Shown here one piece after another: positions 51,401-64,000 of a DNA stretch of 64,000 nucleotides; position 1 is the first letter of the stretch, and each line of letters begins with the position of its first letter. The stretch spans positions 229,779,741 to 229,843,740 of the forward strand of contig CM041465.1 of assembly GCA_023213395.1 (NCBI GenBank), written 5' to 3'. Made by a program: the position numbers and the translations under genes. A model generated the notes under the pieces. It was not told where the DNA came from. It worked only from the letters and a program-made list of their open reading frames with translations, and did no database searches. Source of the stretch: Cycas panzhihuaensis. Its lineage: Eukaryota > Plantae > Cycadophyta.

Positions 51401-54400
51401 GAGTAGCCAGATTCATTTTCTACTTCAGCTTTGAACTCATTGAACTTAGAGAAAGCTTCTGATTTTTGCTTTATGAAGTAGACCCAGACTTTATGAGAAA
51501 AGTCATCAATGAAAGCGATGTATTACAATGCTCCTCCAAATGATTGAGTGGACATGGGTCCACATAAGTCTGAGTGAATTAACTGCAATGGATAAGATGC
51601 ACGCCAAGCTTTGCCTTTAGGAAAAGGCAATCGATGTTGAGTCCCCATTATGCAAGCTTCACAAAAACATTTTGAACCATATATCTTTGGAAGGCCATAT
51701 ACCATGTTTTTGTTCATCATCTGCTTCAAATTATCTAGGCTTAAGTGACCTAGACGTTGATGCCATAATTGCATTTTTGACAAAGATATAGTGACCATGG
51801 AACCAGAATAAGCAGAATCAAATGTAATGTTATTGGCATCTAACTTGTAAAGACCTTGATCCTCATATGCAACAAACATAATCCGTCATCTTTGTCACTA
51901 ATGATACATTTCCCATTCTTGAATAACACGCTCATCTATTGCTTGTCCAATTTGCTAATAGATAGCAGACTCTTCTCCATAGAAGGAATGAAGTATGCAT
52001 CACTATTGGGAAATGATGAGGAAGGATTTTCTGAAGAGTGGAAAGGAGCTATTGTGCCTATGCCTGAAATCTCAACAGATTTATTATTTCCAAAGGTCAC
52101 TGATTGACCTTTACCTTCCTTAATATTGCATAGGAGTTCTTCACTCCCTGTCATATGCTGAGAAGCTCCTGAATCAACAATCCAAGTGTGATCAACCTTG
52201 GATGACTCATATGCACAAAATAGTTTGTCTTCATCGGCAAACTGATTAAAGTGGCATTGGTAGCCACCTCTTTGACCCCCCCTTCCTCTTGGACCTCCTC
52301 GATAGGCACCTCGATTTGGTCAAGGGGGATTCTGCTGCTGTTTTGGCTGCTGAAATCTTTGTTGATATTGTTGCCTTGGCTGCTGTTGTCGCTGACCTTG
52401 TGGTCATTCAGCTGTTGTTGTCGTCGTAGATCTGCCTGCTTCTTTTTGCAATCAGGTGCAATGTGGCCAAGTTTGCCACAATAATGACACACAACATTGG
52501 ACTTAGAAGAGCCAATGTTCATGTTTCCAAACTGCTTTGTGAATGCAGGTTTGGAGATTTGATTGGCCTTTGACTTGGCCGTGAAAGCACCTGATGTAGA
52601 TGGTTCTTCATTGTCCTTAGCATAAATCTGTTCTTCTTGAAGCAATAAGCTTTCAAGTTCATTGAATGTCATCTTCTTAAGTGAGCCATCTCGTGTGGTG
52701 GATGAAATGAAGCCGTTGTAGTCCTTTGGCAATGCTTTGGTGATGGATGTGATGAGCTCATCCCTAGTTGCAGGACTACCTAAAGTATTCAGTTCATTAC
52801 AAACCTCTTTAATAGAGGACAGAAATGCCGACATTGGCTTTACAAACTTAACAGAATACAGTTTGGCTTTCACCATCAGAATGGGAGCTTCATCTCGCCT
52901 TTCATACAATGAGGACAAAGTGTCCCAAGCTTCTTTAGAAGATTTAGCAGAAGAGATATTTTGATCTACATGCACATCTACAATCATATGAAGAAATGCC
53001 AAAGCAATTTCATCTTTGGCTTTCCAAGTAGCAACACATTCATAATCAACATCAACCTCATCATCATCAACAAGTGCAAGATTGGGGATTCTCCTAGAAA
53101 CATATCCCCAGAATTCATTCATTATCAAGAGATTTTGTGTGATTTTTTTCCATTCTTGATAATTTGCTTGTCCTGTTAACCTTATTGTGCATGCATTGAG
53201 CATGTTAATAGAAGCCATCTTTTACTTGTATAAAAGCTAGCAAATAACTTGGTAACTTCAAAGCTTTGTTGCTTAAGTTCCACCTTCTAACAACACCACC
53301 AGTCCTGATTTTACAAGAAGGTCCAACAACTGAGTGGAGTGATGAGGGGTGGTGGACTTCGGCTATTGAGTTGGTCCAAAGTTAAATGTAGCAGAGGCAC
53401 GGATTAAACCTTTTTCGAGCCTCTCCAGCCAGATTTTAAAATTCACTTTTTAGAAAATTTTAAAGTGAATTTTAAGGTACTTTTACTTGGATTATGTACT
53501 TAATGTGGATGCTATGATTTAGCTTACAATGATAGGCTTCTTAAGAAGCAAGTACATGTCAATAATGAGCACTTTGATTGAGTTTTAAGTGCTTTTGAAA
53601 GTCCAAGTAAAATGCTTGAGTACAATAATGTAAGTACTTTTGAAATTTTAGTACTTAGTGAAAAAATTGATGCAAAACCTTGATGATGATTGCAGAAGTG
53701 GGTTCGTTTTAACACTCTAAAGCCGATGTAGAGAAGAAACCACTTGCCAAAGGTACGAAATATACTCCAAATGCCAAACGAACGCCAAGCACCAAGTTGT
53801 TGAAACTTTAAAATAGTCCCAACAATCCAACAGAAAGTGTGATTTTTATTAAGTACAAAATTTAGCCTCCTTTTTGAGATTTTGAAGGCTATGGGTCACC
53901 ATGCAAGGTGCCAAAAAATCAACTTAAATGGTGATGATTATCACCTCTACAATATGAATATGCTTATTGACCACTTCAATTAAGCTCTTAATGCTTTAAT
54001 AGCAATAAAAAAAGTGCTAAAAGAGCTTTAAAAAAGTAAAAAATAAAGGCTAAAATCAACCTTTTTTGTAACTTTGTATCACTAGAACACCGCGCAGGGA
54101 GTCTTTTTAAGCACTTAATTCATGCAACTTCAATCTTTAATGAGAGGAGAATGACTTAGCATGAGTCATTTGATGAGTCCTCTAACCATTAAAGAAATTT
54201 TAATCCTTTTAAGTACTAAAAAAGTACTTTTATGACCACTTAAAAAATGCTTTAGAGAAAAAGGAATAAATCTCACTAAAAAAAAATTCCTCAAAGCAAT
54301 TAAGCTTTCAATGTCTCCTTAAAGCAGTCTTCAAATAGAGCTAAATGGCTTAAAGCCTCTTAGAGCCCCTTGATTAAAAAACTCCTCTTAAAGTAATAAA

Positions 54401-55786
54401 CCTTCCCTTTGAAAAGAATTTCACTTAAGAAAGACTTTATAAAAAAAGGCTTTAATCAAATTAAGCATATTCTTAGGAATATACTATATTGCATATGCAA
54501 AGCTTATAAGGCCCAAAAAACAAATTCGATTTTATATCCAAAATCGAAAAAAGGGCAACGGCTCCCAGATTTCGCTTCCGGTTCAGTGGACTGGCCCAAT
54601 CTTCCATGCAGGTCGGTTCGGCCCCCGTGAGACTCCGTGTTTTTTCCGTGCTCTGTGCGGGTGATTCCGTGCCTCCGTGGAGACAGAGTTTCCGGAAGCT
54701 TCTTCGTGCGGCTTCGTGGTTAGATGCCTGTGCGGGCTTCAGCTTCGGACAGGTGCAGACGAACTTCCATGGCAGGGCCCCCCCGTGGGTAGACTTCCAT
54801 TCATGTGGCTCTCGTTGACAGAGCTTTAGTGCGGAAGCTTCTCCCGTGGCAATCACGTGCAGGCTCCGAAGATAGTGCAGACCTGTCAAGTATGGGTGCG
54901 GACAGGATTCCTAGGACAGACCCGTGGCAGGGACGGCTCCCGTAGCAGCTCCATGCAGAGACCCGAACGAGAGCAGAAGCTTCTCTTCAGCGTGCGCAGT
55001 CCTTCAGGAAAGATCCCCGTGTGTCTTCCAATGTGCACAGCTCTGTGCAGGCCAGAGTAAGGATTCCCTTTGCAAGGATAGATTTCCTGTGCAGGGACCC
55101 AGGGACAGGCTTTGTGAAGGGACAGCAAATATGGACAGTGAGAGGACAAATTCCAGGAATAGCAAGCTAGTATGCAAAGGCTACCAGACCTTACAGCTCA
55201 AGTAAACCATTCAACTCTGATACCAATTGTTAGAATGGGCCTAATGCCCACATAGGTCCAAGATCATTAACAAAGCATAAAAGTATTAAATGCATTAAGC
55301 ATAAACACAAAGAACACAAAGAGAAAGAGGAGCAAGATAATGATACCAAGTATGGGGTGTTGGAATTAGTTCAACCACCAAAGAATGCTTCAGCTTGATT
55401 AGCAAACTGACAGAATAACAATGAGCTCCAACTCTTGAATGAGCAACAATGAAGAAAAGGCCTCATTAAATAGAGGGAGATGAGAGGCCAAGGGCTATTG
55501 CATGATTGACAAGTGTCAATCATGCAATGCATGCTTGCATGTAGGACAAGTGTCCATTGGGAGCTCTTGTGAGCAAAAGTGCAAGGGGGTCATTTAACCC
55601 TCAAGTGACATAAGTGACAACGTTATGTCACTAGACATAAAGTGGGTGTGTACTTTATCACTTAAGTGATAAAGTCACCCCTAAAGTACAAAAGTGCACA
55701 TAAAACATTAAAGTGCACACATAATACATAAATATAAAGTACATAAGCTTAACATGTAAACATAAGGTAAAACATAAGGTTTAATA
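48465..55786 (-). mobile_element. Copia-3, full-length Ty1/Copia of the same family as Copia-2
   Basis: 559-bp LTRs 48465-49023 and 55228-55786 (about 7 differences); TSD GAAAA; Met PBS 55215-55225; PPT next to 49023. Confidence 0.96.
49024..53218 (-). pseudogene. gag-pol: Copia-3 gag-pol
   Basis: 355-aa gag ORF 52151-53218; WIVDSGASQHMTG; integrase core; 256-aa RT ORF with LYVDDL; RNase H. Confidence 0.95.
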
Positions 55787-57101
55787 GAAAATATCTCATA
55801 AGCAGACCCCATTTCAACTGGTTTATGGATTAGAAGCTGTGATTCTTCTAGAATTTCAAGCTGAGAGCTTAAGAGTAGCTCAACATCTCAGAGCAGAGCC
55901 AGAAGTTTCCTACGATCAGTGATTGATTCAATTGATGAAACTGGACGAGACTAGGGCACGAGCATTGTGGGAATTGAAAGTGGAAAAGAAAAGGCGGAAA
56001 GCATGGCACGACCGCCACCTTAAAAAACCTGAGTTTAAGGTAAATGATTTGGTATTGTTATATGATAGTAAATTCAAATTTAAACCCGACAAAATGAAAA
56101 TAAGATGGTTAGGTCCATATAGAATTAACTGTATTCATGATAATGGAGCAAAGAAATTACAAAGAATTGGATGGCCAGCCATTGACTAAATTAGTCAATG
56201 GCAGTAGATTAAAATGTATAGAGTATGATTTGATTTTTTTTTTAAAAAACAAAGTGGGAACATCATTAACTAAGGGGCAAATATCCTTAGTAAAGGTGTT
56301 ACAAGTTCACGAAGATTAATTAATATGACCAGTAATGACTACTGGTTGAAGATAGAATGATGATAAGGTGAGGCCATAGATGTGGATGCACATGCGGACG
56401 TGGCTAAGGATGTAGATATGATGAATAAACATGCACATGATGTAGACGTCAACATAATGAGACAGATCCATATGATGTTGATTGGAAGTGAGAACGTGCA
56501 AATCATGAAGAAAGGAGGTGACGTCAAGGCAGACATGGACGCGGATTGAATATCAAGATGCGGATATGATAGATGCGGTATAATAACTACCTAGATATGA
56601 TGAAATCTAGTGTAAGGCATCATGGCACGAGGAGTTATGTAACGGGTTTACAATGGGAAAACAGTGGCGGAGGACAAGACAGTAGCCCATAGAATATCAA
56701 TCAATCGAATAGTCCGTCATTAAATACAGAAGGCAATTACAGCGGTAAGGCAGAAGATTGCACTTGAGGTAGTTAAGTCACGGGTTGCAGAATAAAAGTG
56801 CAATTGTAGCAGCATGGGAAGAAATTGGAGATCGTAGCAAACGAGGGAATGTAGAACAGTCAGTTCTACTTAAAGACACGAATGTTGTGGATGAATTGCA
56901 GTGAAGAGCGAACTAAGGAAACAACGGCAGTGGAACGGTGGGAAGTTGCACTTGAGGTAGTCAGAGAAGGAATTAAATCGCAGCATCTGCGGCATAAAAC
57001 GATAGTGTGAGTTGCAACAAAGGAGGAAGTTGCAGCATAAGAGGAAATTGTAGTCGACAAGGGAACAATTGGTTGTACTGGTAATTGGGGACTTGATAAC
57101 A

Positions 57102-58904
57102 ATGCCAAGAACACTGCTGATTAGAGAGAATGATGATTCAAGGATTCGTACAGAATGGCGAATCATGAAGGAAAACGATGAACGAAAAAAGTTGATTATT
57201 AAGATAGGATTACATAAGTTTATAATGGTGGGGACTTTGCCCAATGCAAATAAATTTTTGCAAGTGATCATTCCTTTATTGGTCGAATATCCTGAAATGG
57301 TACAAATTTCAGAGGAGATGATAGCAGCAGTTGCTGGACTCCCGAAGGAAGGCGAAGTAATCAAAAGAGACACCTTGATATCTCAGGAGGAAGCGGCAAG
57401 GATAATTGGGGCTGAAAGTAAAGATGCCTCTACTTCAGGCATTAGGATAGCAGGCATACGGGTCCCTGAGAAGTGGTCTTTAGCACATTTTGTTTTCACC
57501 AAAATTGTGCTTAACCAGAAGAATACATTTGTGCCAAGTAATTTGAGAACAATGGTTAATAAAGTGGCTCAAGGAAAAATTTTAAATTGGGCGAAATTTG
57601 TAACAAAAAGAATAAAATTGAGTTTACAAACAGTTTTGGAGTCAAACAAAACTGCTTCTTTTTATTATGTAACAATTTTACAGGGGTTGCTCATGTTCCA
57701 GTGTCCAGAAACTAGAATGCCTAAGGGACAAAAGGAGCAAGCACCATTAGCTTGTTGGACGGATGGGAGTGTGGAAGATTGGGAGGAAGAGCAAGGCAAA
57801 GTCCAGGATTGGGTGCAAAGATTATATCAAATGAGACGGGTAACAGTAGGAGTTCAGGAGCACACTACCCGGAAGGGGAAGGAAAAAGTAAAAGGAGATA
57901 AAAGAGCTAGTCCTTTAGAGGGAGAAGTAGGTAAAACTGCAGACAAAGAACCAAAAACAAAGCCGGTGGAGGAGGAGGAAGGAAGGGAAGAAAGACCAAA
58001 GAATGTAACAGTAATAGATGGTGAGGTTTAAAGGCAGAAAATGAGAAGATTGGCCCAAGAAAAAAGAGCTAGTCCTTTAGAGGGAGAAGTAGGTAAAACT
58101 GCAGATAAAGAACCAAAAACAAAGCTGGTGGAGGAGGAGGAAGAAAGGGAAGAAAGACCAGAGAATGTAACAATAATAGATGGTGAGGTTCAAAGGCAGA
58201 AAATGAGAAGATTGTCCCAAGAAAAAAGAAAGAAAGAAATTATAGAAAGATTGAATAATCAGCCACTGGAGGTTAAGTTCAATGTAGACAAAGAAATTCT
58301 GGAGGAAGGGTTGGATCCGATGGAATGTGATGCTCAGGATGTGACTAATTGAAGGACGTCATTCTTGGCAACGCTAACCAGGCAGCTGGTTACGGAGTTA
58401 GAAAGCAGAGCAAGGCCGCCAAAAGAATCCTTGAAAAGGATTCATCAAATTACTGAGGAAAAATTGGACTCCTTGAAGAAATTTATAATAGACTAGGTAG
58501 ATGATATAAATGAAGTAGGCCCACAATTGGAGGAGTTCAAGATAATGTTTGATAAATATATTCCAGCGGATATGCAGCAAGTATATCACCAGCTAGGAGC
58601 ATGGATCATAAAGACTGATGAAGAATCAGAGCGGTGCAAAAACTTGTGGAAGGAACATAATGCTTATAGAGATCAACTGGAGTTGACGAAGAGAGTAAAC
58701 AGCGAATTGAATCAAGAAATTGAGCAGTTGCATTCTGGAGAAAGGCCGACATTAGCTCTGCTAGATACAATGCGGGATGTTGCCCTGTTATGTGAATATT
58801 TGAAACAGAATGGGTTGAGACTACCTCCTCAAATAGCAAGACCAGATATGGAGTACATACGCAGAGAAAAGGCAAGAATCATGGAAGCTCAGAGGAGGAA
58901 TTGA
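57102..58904 (+). pseudogene. Gypsy-B additional ORF (~600 aa ancestral; plant-transposon-protein-like N-terminus, charged repeat, coiled-coil C-terminus)
   Basis: ORFs 57069-58031, 58041-58352 and 58527-58904 share one frame, separated by single stops; contains ISEEMIAAVAGLPKEGE and GKILNWAKFV motifs. Confidence 0.8.
57901..58224 (+). repeat. In-frame 162-bp (54-aa) tandem duplication
   Basis: KRASPLEGEVGKTADKEPKTK...IDGEV(Q)RQKMRRL occurs twice. Confidence 0.95.
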
Positions 58905-59779
58905 GCGAAATGATATTTTGAAATTTTGTAAACGAGTATGTCACTCGTTCAAAAGAGGCTACCGGGGAGATGTGGCCTAAACAGCCATTTTGAGGTGCAA
59001 TCAACACTATGAAGATTGTTGTTGCAACTATGAGGATCGTGGCTAATCAGAAGACCGCCGCAACTATGAGGACTGTGGCTGCAACTATGAAGATTGTTGT
59101 TGCAACTATGAGAACTGTGGCAATCGTGAGGGCCGCAGAATCGTGAGGGTCGCGATCGCAATCGTGAGGGTCGCGATCGAATCGTGAGGGCCGCTGCAAC
59201 CGAGGACTACTGCCGGGAGTGCAACTAGCGGACCTGAGTGCAACTCGGGCTAACCAAGGGCGGCTTGGGCAGAGATGGGCAGTGGGCAGATTAGTTAGGG
59301 ATAGGACAAAACTAAAATTAAAAAGCGATTATGTAAACATGCATCAATTGTATATAAAGAAATAGAATAGATATCTATTCGATGATCAATCAATCGTGTA
59401 TACGGAAAGATCTCGCTGAGATCCACGCATTGTGAGGGCTGTCCTCTAGTTGTAATTGCCCAAGTCTGCGTCTGGTTGTGAGAGGACCAGACGCAGTGCC
59501 CTTTATGTCATGAATAAAGTTAGTTATTGATGTTTCCACCAACACTGTGTCTCTCTTCTTGTGATGAATTCTACATGTTAGTTAGGGATGTGACGAGAGG
59601 CGCACAATATATGGGCACTAACAAATTTTCCTTCTTTTCTTATTTTTCTCACTAAGTTGCATTGTTTTCTTGGGTCCATGAATCTCTACAAGCAATTAAT
59701 CTATAGCCATTCATAAATTGTTATTCTATTGTATGCTCTTATAGAGAGTAACACTCCTTTCACCTAGGGATAGGCATAA

Positions 59780-59992
59780 ATGACCACATTTGACAAGTTG
59801 TAATATGCTTTACACATAACCCCAATCCTTTAATTATTAGATCTACAACAACCCTTTTTAGTAGAGATGGATGCTTCTCAATTTGTTATGGGCATTGCCC
59901 TTAAGTAGGGAGGACATCCCATTGTGAACCACTTTCAGACCTTTTTATAGAGTAAATAAAGCTACAATACTTATAGCAAGGAGTTCCAAGCC
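59780..59992 (+). pseudogene. pol: Gypsy RT-linker/RNase H fragment
   Basis: TPIL.LLDLQQPFLVEMDASQFVMGIAL..GGHPI...YNTYSKEF. Confidence 0.7.
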
Positions 59993-60609
59993 CACAAGTA
60001 CTAGTAGCATTTCCTTCTCAGTAAGGAAATAGCAATCCACCCATATCATTAGACACTACAATATCTACATTCTCAGATAAAGATCTGGCAACACTGCCAT
60101 CTAAAATGGGTGTCTCACTTATAGTAGTTTCCTTTGGTAATCAAGTACAAGAAGGGGGTGTTCAACAAGGTAGCATAGCTTCTCAGTTGGCCATCAATTT
60201 GTGTTGTGCTTAGTGTCTTGGACACTTAACTGTGCAAGTTATGCAAGGTGGTGTGGTGCTTATAATACATAACCTAACTTCAGTCAAATTGTTACAACTA
60301 TCCAACAACCTATTCTTTGGCATGTTCAAGACACTTTTAATATCCTGGACAATATTTCTACTGGCTATCCATGTCATGTGGCGAGGTATGTATGCTAGCA
60401 TTTATGTAGTCAATCTAAACATTCCAATAGGAAGGTTTGAATTAATAGCTTCCAATTTTGTCACAACCATTAGAATATATTTCAACAAATTTCATCAATG
60501 GCTTTCCCTTAACACAACCATGATTGTATCCTTGTCATTATTTCTTGATTCTCAAGGATGTCAGTCTTGATTTCATATAATTATTGAGTTGAACATTTAG
60601 CTCTAACAT

Positions 60610-62201
60610 GAAATGATGACCATAGCTATCAAATTAAAGGGTAGTGTGCAGAAAATTAGAAATGTACCTTTTGTACCAGGGCTGAAAAAGAACCTTCTCT
60701 CTATCTCTTAGCTCAGAAAGAAAAGACTGAGGACTATATTTGATGAGGAAGGATACTGCTACATCTTAGATATGAAGAATAATGGCACTATAATTGCTAA
60801 AGGGATAGAAAGTAATATCTATATAGGCTACTTTCTAATCCTATAATTCTAAAAAAGGATGTAAAGTCATACGCTGTTGCAAATTCCGATATTAATAATA
60901 AATTGTGGCATTTGAAGTATGGGCACATCTCTTTAGACAAATTAGAAATGATGCATAAAACTGGAATGGTTAATGGGGTTCATAATATTACTTCTAACTA
61001 TTTTATTTGCAAAGGCTGTCAGTTTGGAAAACAACACCGTCTGGCCTTTAAAAATATGAATGGCGAGCTCAGAACAAACTAGAATTGGTACATACAAACC
61101 TATGTGAACCTCTTGCTCCTCTTTCAATCAATGGCTCCAAATATTTTCTTTCATTGATGATTTTTTTAGGAAAATGTGGGTTTATTTCCTCTATAATAAA
61201 TCCGAAGTCTTTGAGGCATTCAAAGAATTTAAAGTTGAAGTCAAATTAGAATCAGTATCAAAAATAAAACGTATCGGATCAAATAGTGGAGGAAAATACA
61301 TCTCAAATAAATTCTTAAATTTCCGCAAGATGCAAGGTATACACAGACAATTTATGACTCCCTACACACCCCAATCCAATGGGGTGGCTGAACAAAAAAA
61401 TAGAACTATTATGGAGATGGCTTGCAACATGATTCGTGACAGACAAATCTCAAAATCTTACTAGGCAGAAGTAGTAAGTACAACCTATTACCTGATAAAT
61501 CGAAGCCCAACAAAGGTCTTGGAACAAGTTACTCTAGAAGAAGCCTGGACGGGACAAAAACCTGATGTAAGTAGCTTGAAGATATTTGGATGTCAAGCTT
61601 TCATTCATATACCAGACAAAAGGAGATCCAAACTTGACTCCAAAAGTATAGATTCCATTATGATAGGCTATAATAAAAACTCAAAATCCTACAAATGTAT
61701 AGATCCAAAAACTAATAGTATTTACATAAGCAAAGATGTTATTTTTAATGAAGGAGATGTCACTGAAAACCATTCTCCTCCTCAAGTAGTTGAAGAAGCA
61801 CCAAAAGTGATAGTACAAGAAAAACCTCTAGTAGAAGAAATCTCTGGAATCACATCAGAGGACACTAAACAAGATGACATAGAAGAATTAGAAACAACCT
61901 CTACCTCATGAAAGTTTGACCTCTGAAAGAGAAGAGTTATCCCTTGAGGAATCGTTCATAGAAGAAAAGAAGAAAGAAAAGAGGGTACCAAAATGGTACA
62001 TCAAAACTATTGAAGAAGGAAGGGGGATGTGTTTGCTCACAGGACAAGAAGGTAGAAGCAACAAGCATTATTTAGAAACATAGAACCACAATCCTTTGAA
62101 AAAGCAAAGGATCACGTAGAATGGTAAGCAACACTGGATGCTAAAATGGAATTAATCGCCAAAAATCAAACTTGGGAGCTAGTCAATTTACCTAAGGACA
62201 A
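60610..62201 (+). pseudogene. pol: Copia-4 pol fragment (protease end, integrase, RT start), interrupted by Copia-5
   Basis: FVPGLKKNLLSIS, LWHLKYGH, TPYTPQSNGVAE, RSKLDSKS, EPQSF...KNQTWELVNLP. Confidence 0.9.
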
Positions 62202-64000
62202 TGTTAAAATGTAATGTTTTATCTAGACAAAGAGGGGTCATGTTGACTCACCCCTTAAAATGTAACTCCAAATAGGAGTTGTGACACTTAGCAGCCTCAT
62301 GTAGGTCAGTTACATTTCTATTTGTAACGGTCATCTCAGTGATGTATATTTAAGAGGAATGAGACTCCATGTAATATCAAGTTCTGATCTTCATTCATCA
62401 AAGCCGGGCTTATCATGGTATCAGAGTAGGTTATCCTGCCTACTTGAGAGAGGGTCCTTCGTGTGTAATAGAGTCTGTTCTGAGAGAGACAAGGAAGCCT
62501 GCAACACAGGAGACAAATTGAAAGTGAAGTGAAGGATCCAACAAATCCAGAAATATACCTGAGGACCACAGGAAGTACCGTACGGCCATCATTTGAATCG
62601 CAATCGACGGACCAAAAAAATCAAACTTCTCAAATCGAGCTAAAATTTGGCCAGCAAGTAGATCTTGACCTCCTCTTCAACTTTTCCTTCTAGATCGAAG
62701 TCATTTGAAGAAGTTTTGATAGGGTTTTGGACCCTTTATCAGCCACATGGGTTTGGAGGTATTTCAGTAAATTTCTCCCAAACTTTTTGAAATTCCTAAG
62801 TCAAATCTGTTTTGTAAACTCAGTGTCTGGGTATTACAAAAGTTTTGTGACAGACTTTGAGGAATTCTATGAAGTATTTTTTAAATTACAAGCAAAAATG
62901 TGTTGTGCCCTAATTACGTTTTCCAGTCTTTCGGGTCGATTTTCTCCTCATCCATAAACTGTTTTGGAAAACTAATATCAGATCCGTGATCCTCATCTCA
63001 TAACCTCTCTTTTCAAGTATATATTGTACAATTCCATACAAGTTCAATTCCGTACGGAAATCCGTACCATGTATGGCCTGCACTATGTCTCTTAGTATCT
63101 CAGCTGTCAAAATGGCTTCAGGCCTTTTCTCTCTGCTAGAATCAGAAAAATTAACTGATTCAAACTATCATGTTTGGAAAATTAAAGTAGAAACTGTCTT
63201 AAAAATAAAAAATGCTTGGAATATTACAATTGGGACTGAGACTTGTCCAAAGGACTCAGATGCTAAATTGGCCAACTGGGAAGAAAGAAGCAATATAGGT
63301 GTGCACATTTTGAAAATGTCGATTTCTGGCTCAATTCTGATATATGTTGAAAAGCTGAATTTGTCCTCTGACATTTGGAAATGTCTTGAGAACCTGTATG
63401 GACAGAAAAATAAAGCAAGAATAATTGCTCTCAAGGAAGAATTGTATAGACTGCATATGAAGGAAAATGAAAATGTAACAGATTTTATGCACAAGGTTGT
63501 TTCAATACGAAATAATTTATCAAGTGCAGGAGGTTTGATTTCCAAACAAGAGCTGGTAGAACCAATAACAGCCAAGCTCCCAAAGTCTTTCGATACAACC
63601 ATTAACACCATTATAAATACTGAAAAAATAAATAAAATAACTCTTGATGAATTGATGGGATTATCATGGAGACAGAACAAAGGAATAAGAGATATGAAGA
63701 CTCCTCAGAATTTGAAGATGCCTTTATGTCCAGATTGAACCTGGGCTCACGCAGCAGAAACCAAACCCGTGGACGAAGCATAACACCTGACTTCAAAGGG
63801 TGAGGCCAGTGGCAAGACTCTAGGGGATGTGGACGAAGTAGAGACCTAAGGATTTGTTTCAATTGCGGAAGGACCAGGCACATCTCCAGTGCATGTAGAA
63901 TCTTTGACATATGTTACCATTGTGGATAAGCTGGACATTACCCTTACCAGTACCCTCAGCGAAGAAGTGAGATTCAGAAAGGGAAAAGACCTATTGGTGG
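62202..64000 (+). mobile_element. Copia-5, 5' part (LTR 62202-62415, PBS, leader, gag); continues beyond right edge
   Basis: 214-bp TG...CA LTR; TGGTATCAGAG at 62416-62426; gag follows. Confidence 0.92.
63112..63960 (+). pseudogene. gag: Copia-5 gag with two zinc knuckles, frameshifted
   Basis: EKLTDSNYHVWKIKV...LYRLHMKENENV...KLPKSF; CFNCGRTRH and CYHCG-AGH. Confidence 0.9.

Larger units (their letters stand above)
37900..56220 (+). pseudogene. pol: Gypsy-B pol (PR 37900-38230; RT 38830-39742; RNase H 47053-47600; IN 47753-48464 and 55792-56220)
   Basis: NGGSRVNVL and VLLGRPWL (PR); FKDVFAWSY, DGFSGYNQ, PFGLTNAP, FLDD (RT); HVDAS...NYTVTERE (RH); H-H-C-C finger, YYPRANGQVES, RWLGPY (IN). 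GMTG|YYRKFI is rejoined on removing Copia-2. Confidence 0.93.
34688..59606 (+). mobile_element. Gypsy-B, full-length non-chromovirus Ty3/Gypsy element with extra 3' ORF; hosts Copia-2 and Copia-3
   Basis: LTRs 34688-35257 and 58971-59606; TSD ATATA (34683-34687, 59607-59611); PBS TGGTTCCGTTGCC at 35261-35273; PPT GGGGAGA; gag-PR-RT-RH-IN order; no chromodomain seen. Confidence 0.93.

Noticed and set aside
54409-55205. Cluster of 70-140-aa ORFs in the Copia-3 leader
   Set aside because: GC-rich low-stop region; no counterpart in Copia-2
57069-58904. Calling the extra ORF env
   Set aside because: No signal peptide or convincing transmembrane segment visible

Overview
This is a eukaryotic (land-plant) repeat landscape with no complete host gene; essentially the whole 64 kb is nested, decaying transposable elements, resembling a large-genome plant such as a gymnosperm (inference). 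From left to right it holds: the 5' end of a non-autonomous Copia derivative (1-1557); a deleted LTR element (1558-2140); a truncated Gypsy with a tRNA-Glu PBS (2141-10686) carrying full-length Copia-1 (3908-9082, TSD CAATC); a tandem of three related LTRs with LINE-derived internal pieces (10687-17073); and an AT-rich low-copy-looking tract (17.1-21 kb). A full-length L1-type LINE (21030-30894, 16-bp TSD) follows, interrupted right after its RT DD motif by a young non-autonomous Copia derivative (24876-28797). Next come a hAT transposase relic (~31.4-33.8 kb) and a 24.9-kb Gypsy (34688-59606; tRNA-Glu PBS, four Gag zinc knuckles, ancestral ~600-aa extra ORF) containing two related full-length Copias (39743-47047, 48465-55786). 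Two more nested Copia pieces close the window. The most striking unexplained signal is inside the non-autonomous element: its coding sequence has decayed almost beyond recognition although its LTRs are ~99% identical. It carries an array of ~9-10 stem-loops with a constant inner stem (AAGAGGAT/ATCCTCTT), co-varying outer stems and variable loops, plus a ~45-bp tandem repeat born from RNase H coding sequence. The two autonomous-type Copias have ~2-kb leaders with shared, partly co-varying helices, suggesting RNA-structure-based cis control. All counts were done by eye and are approximate.
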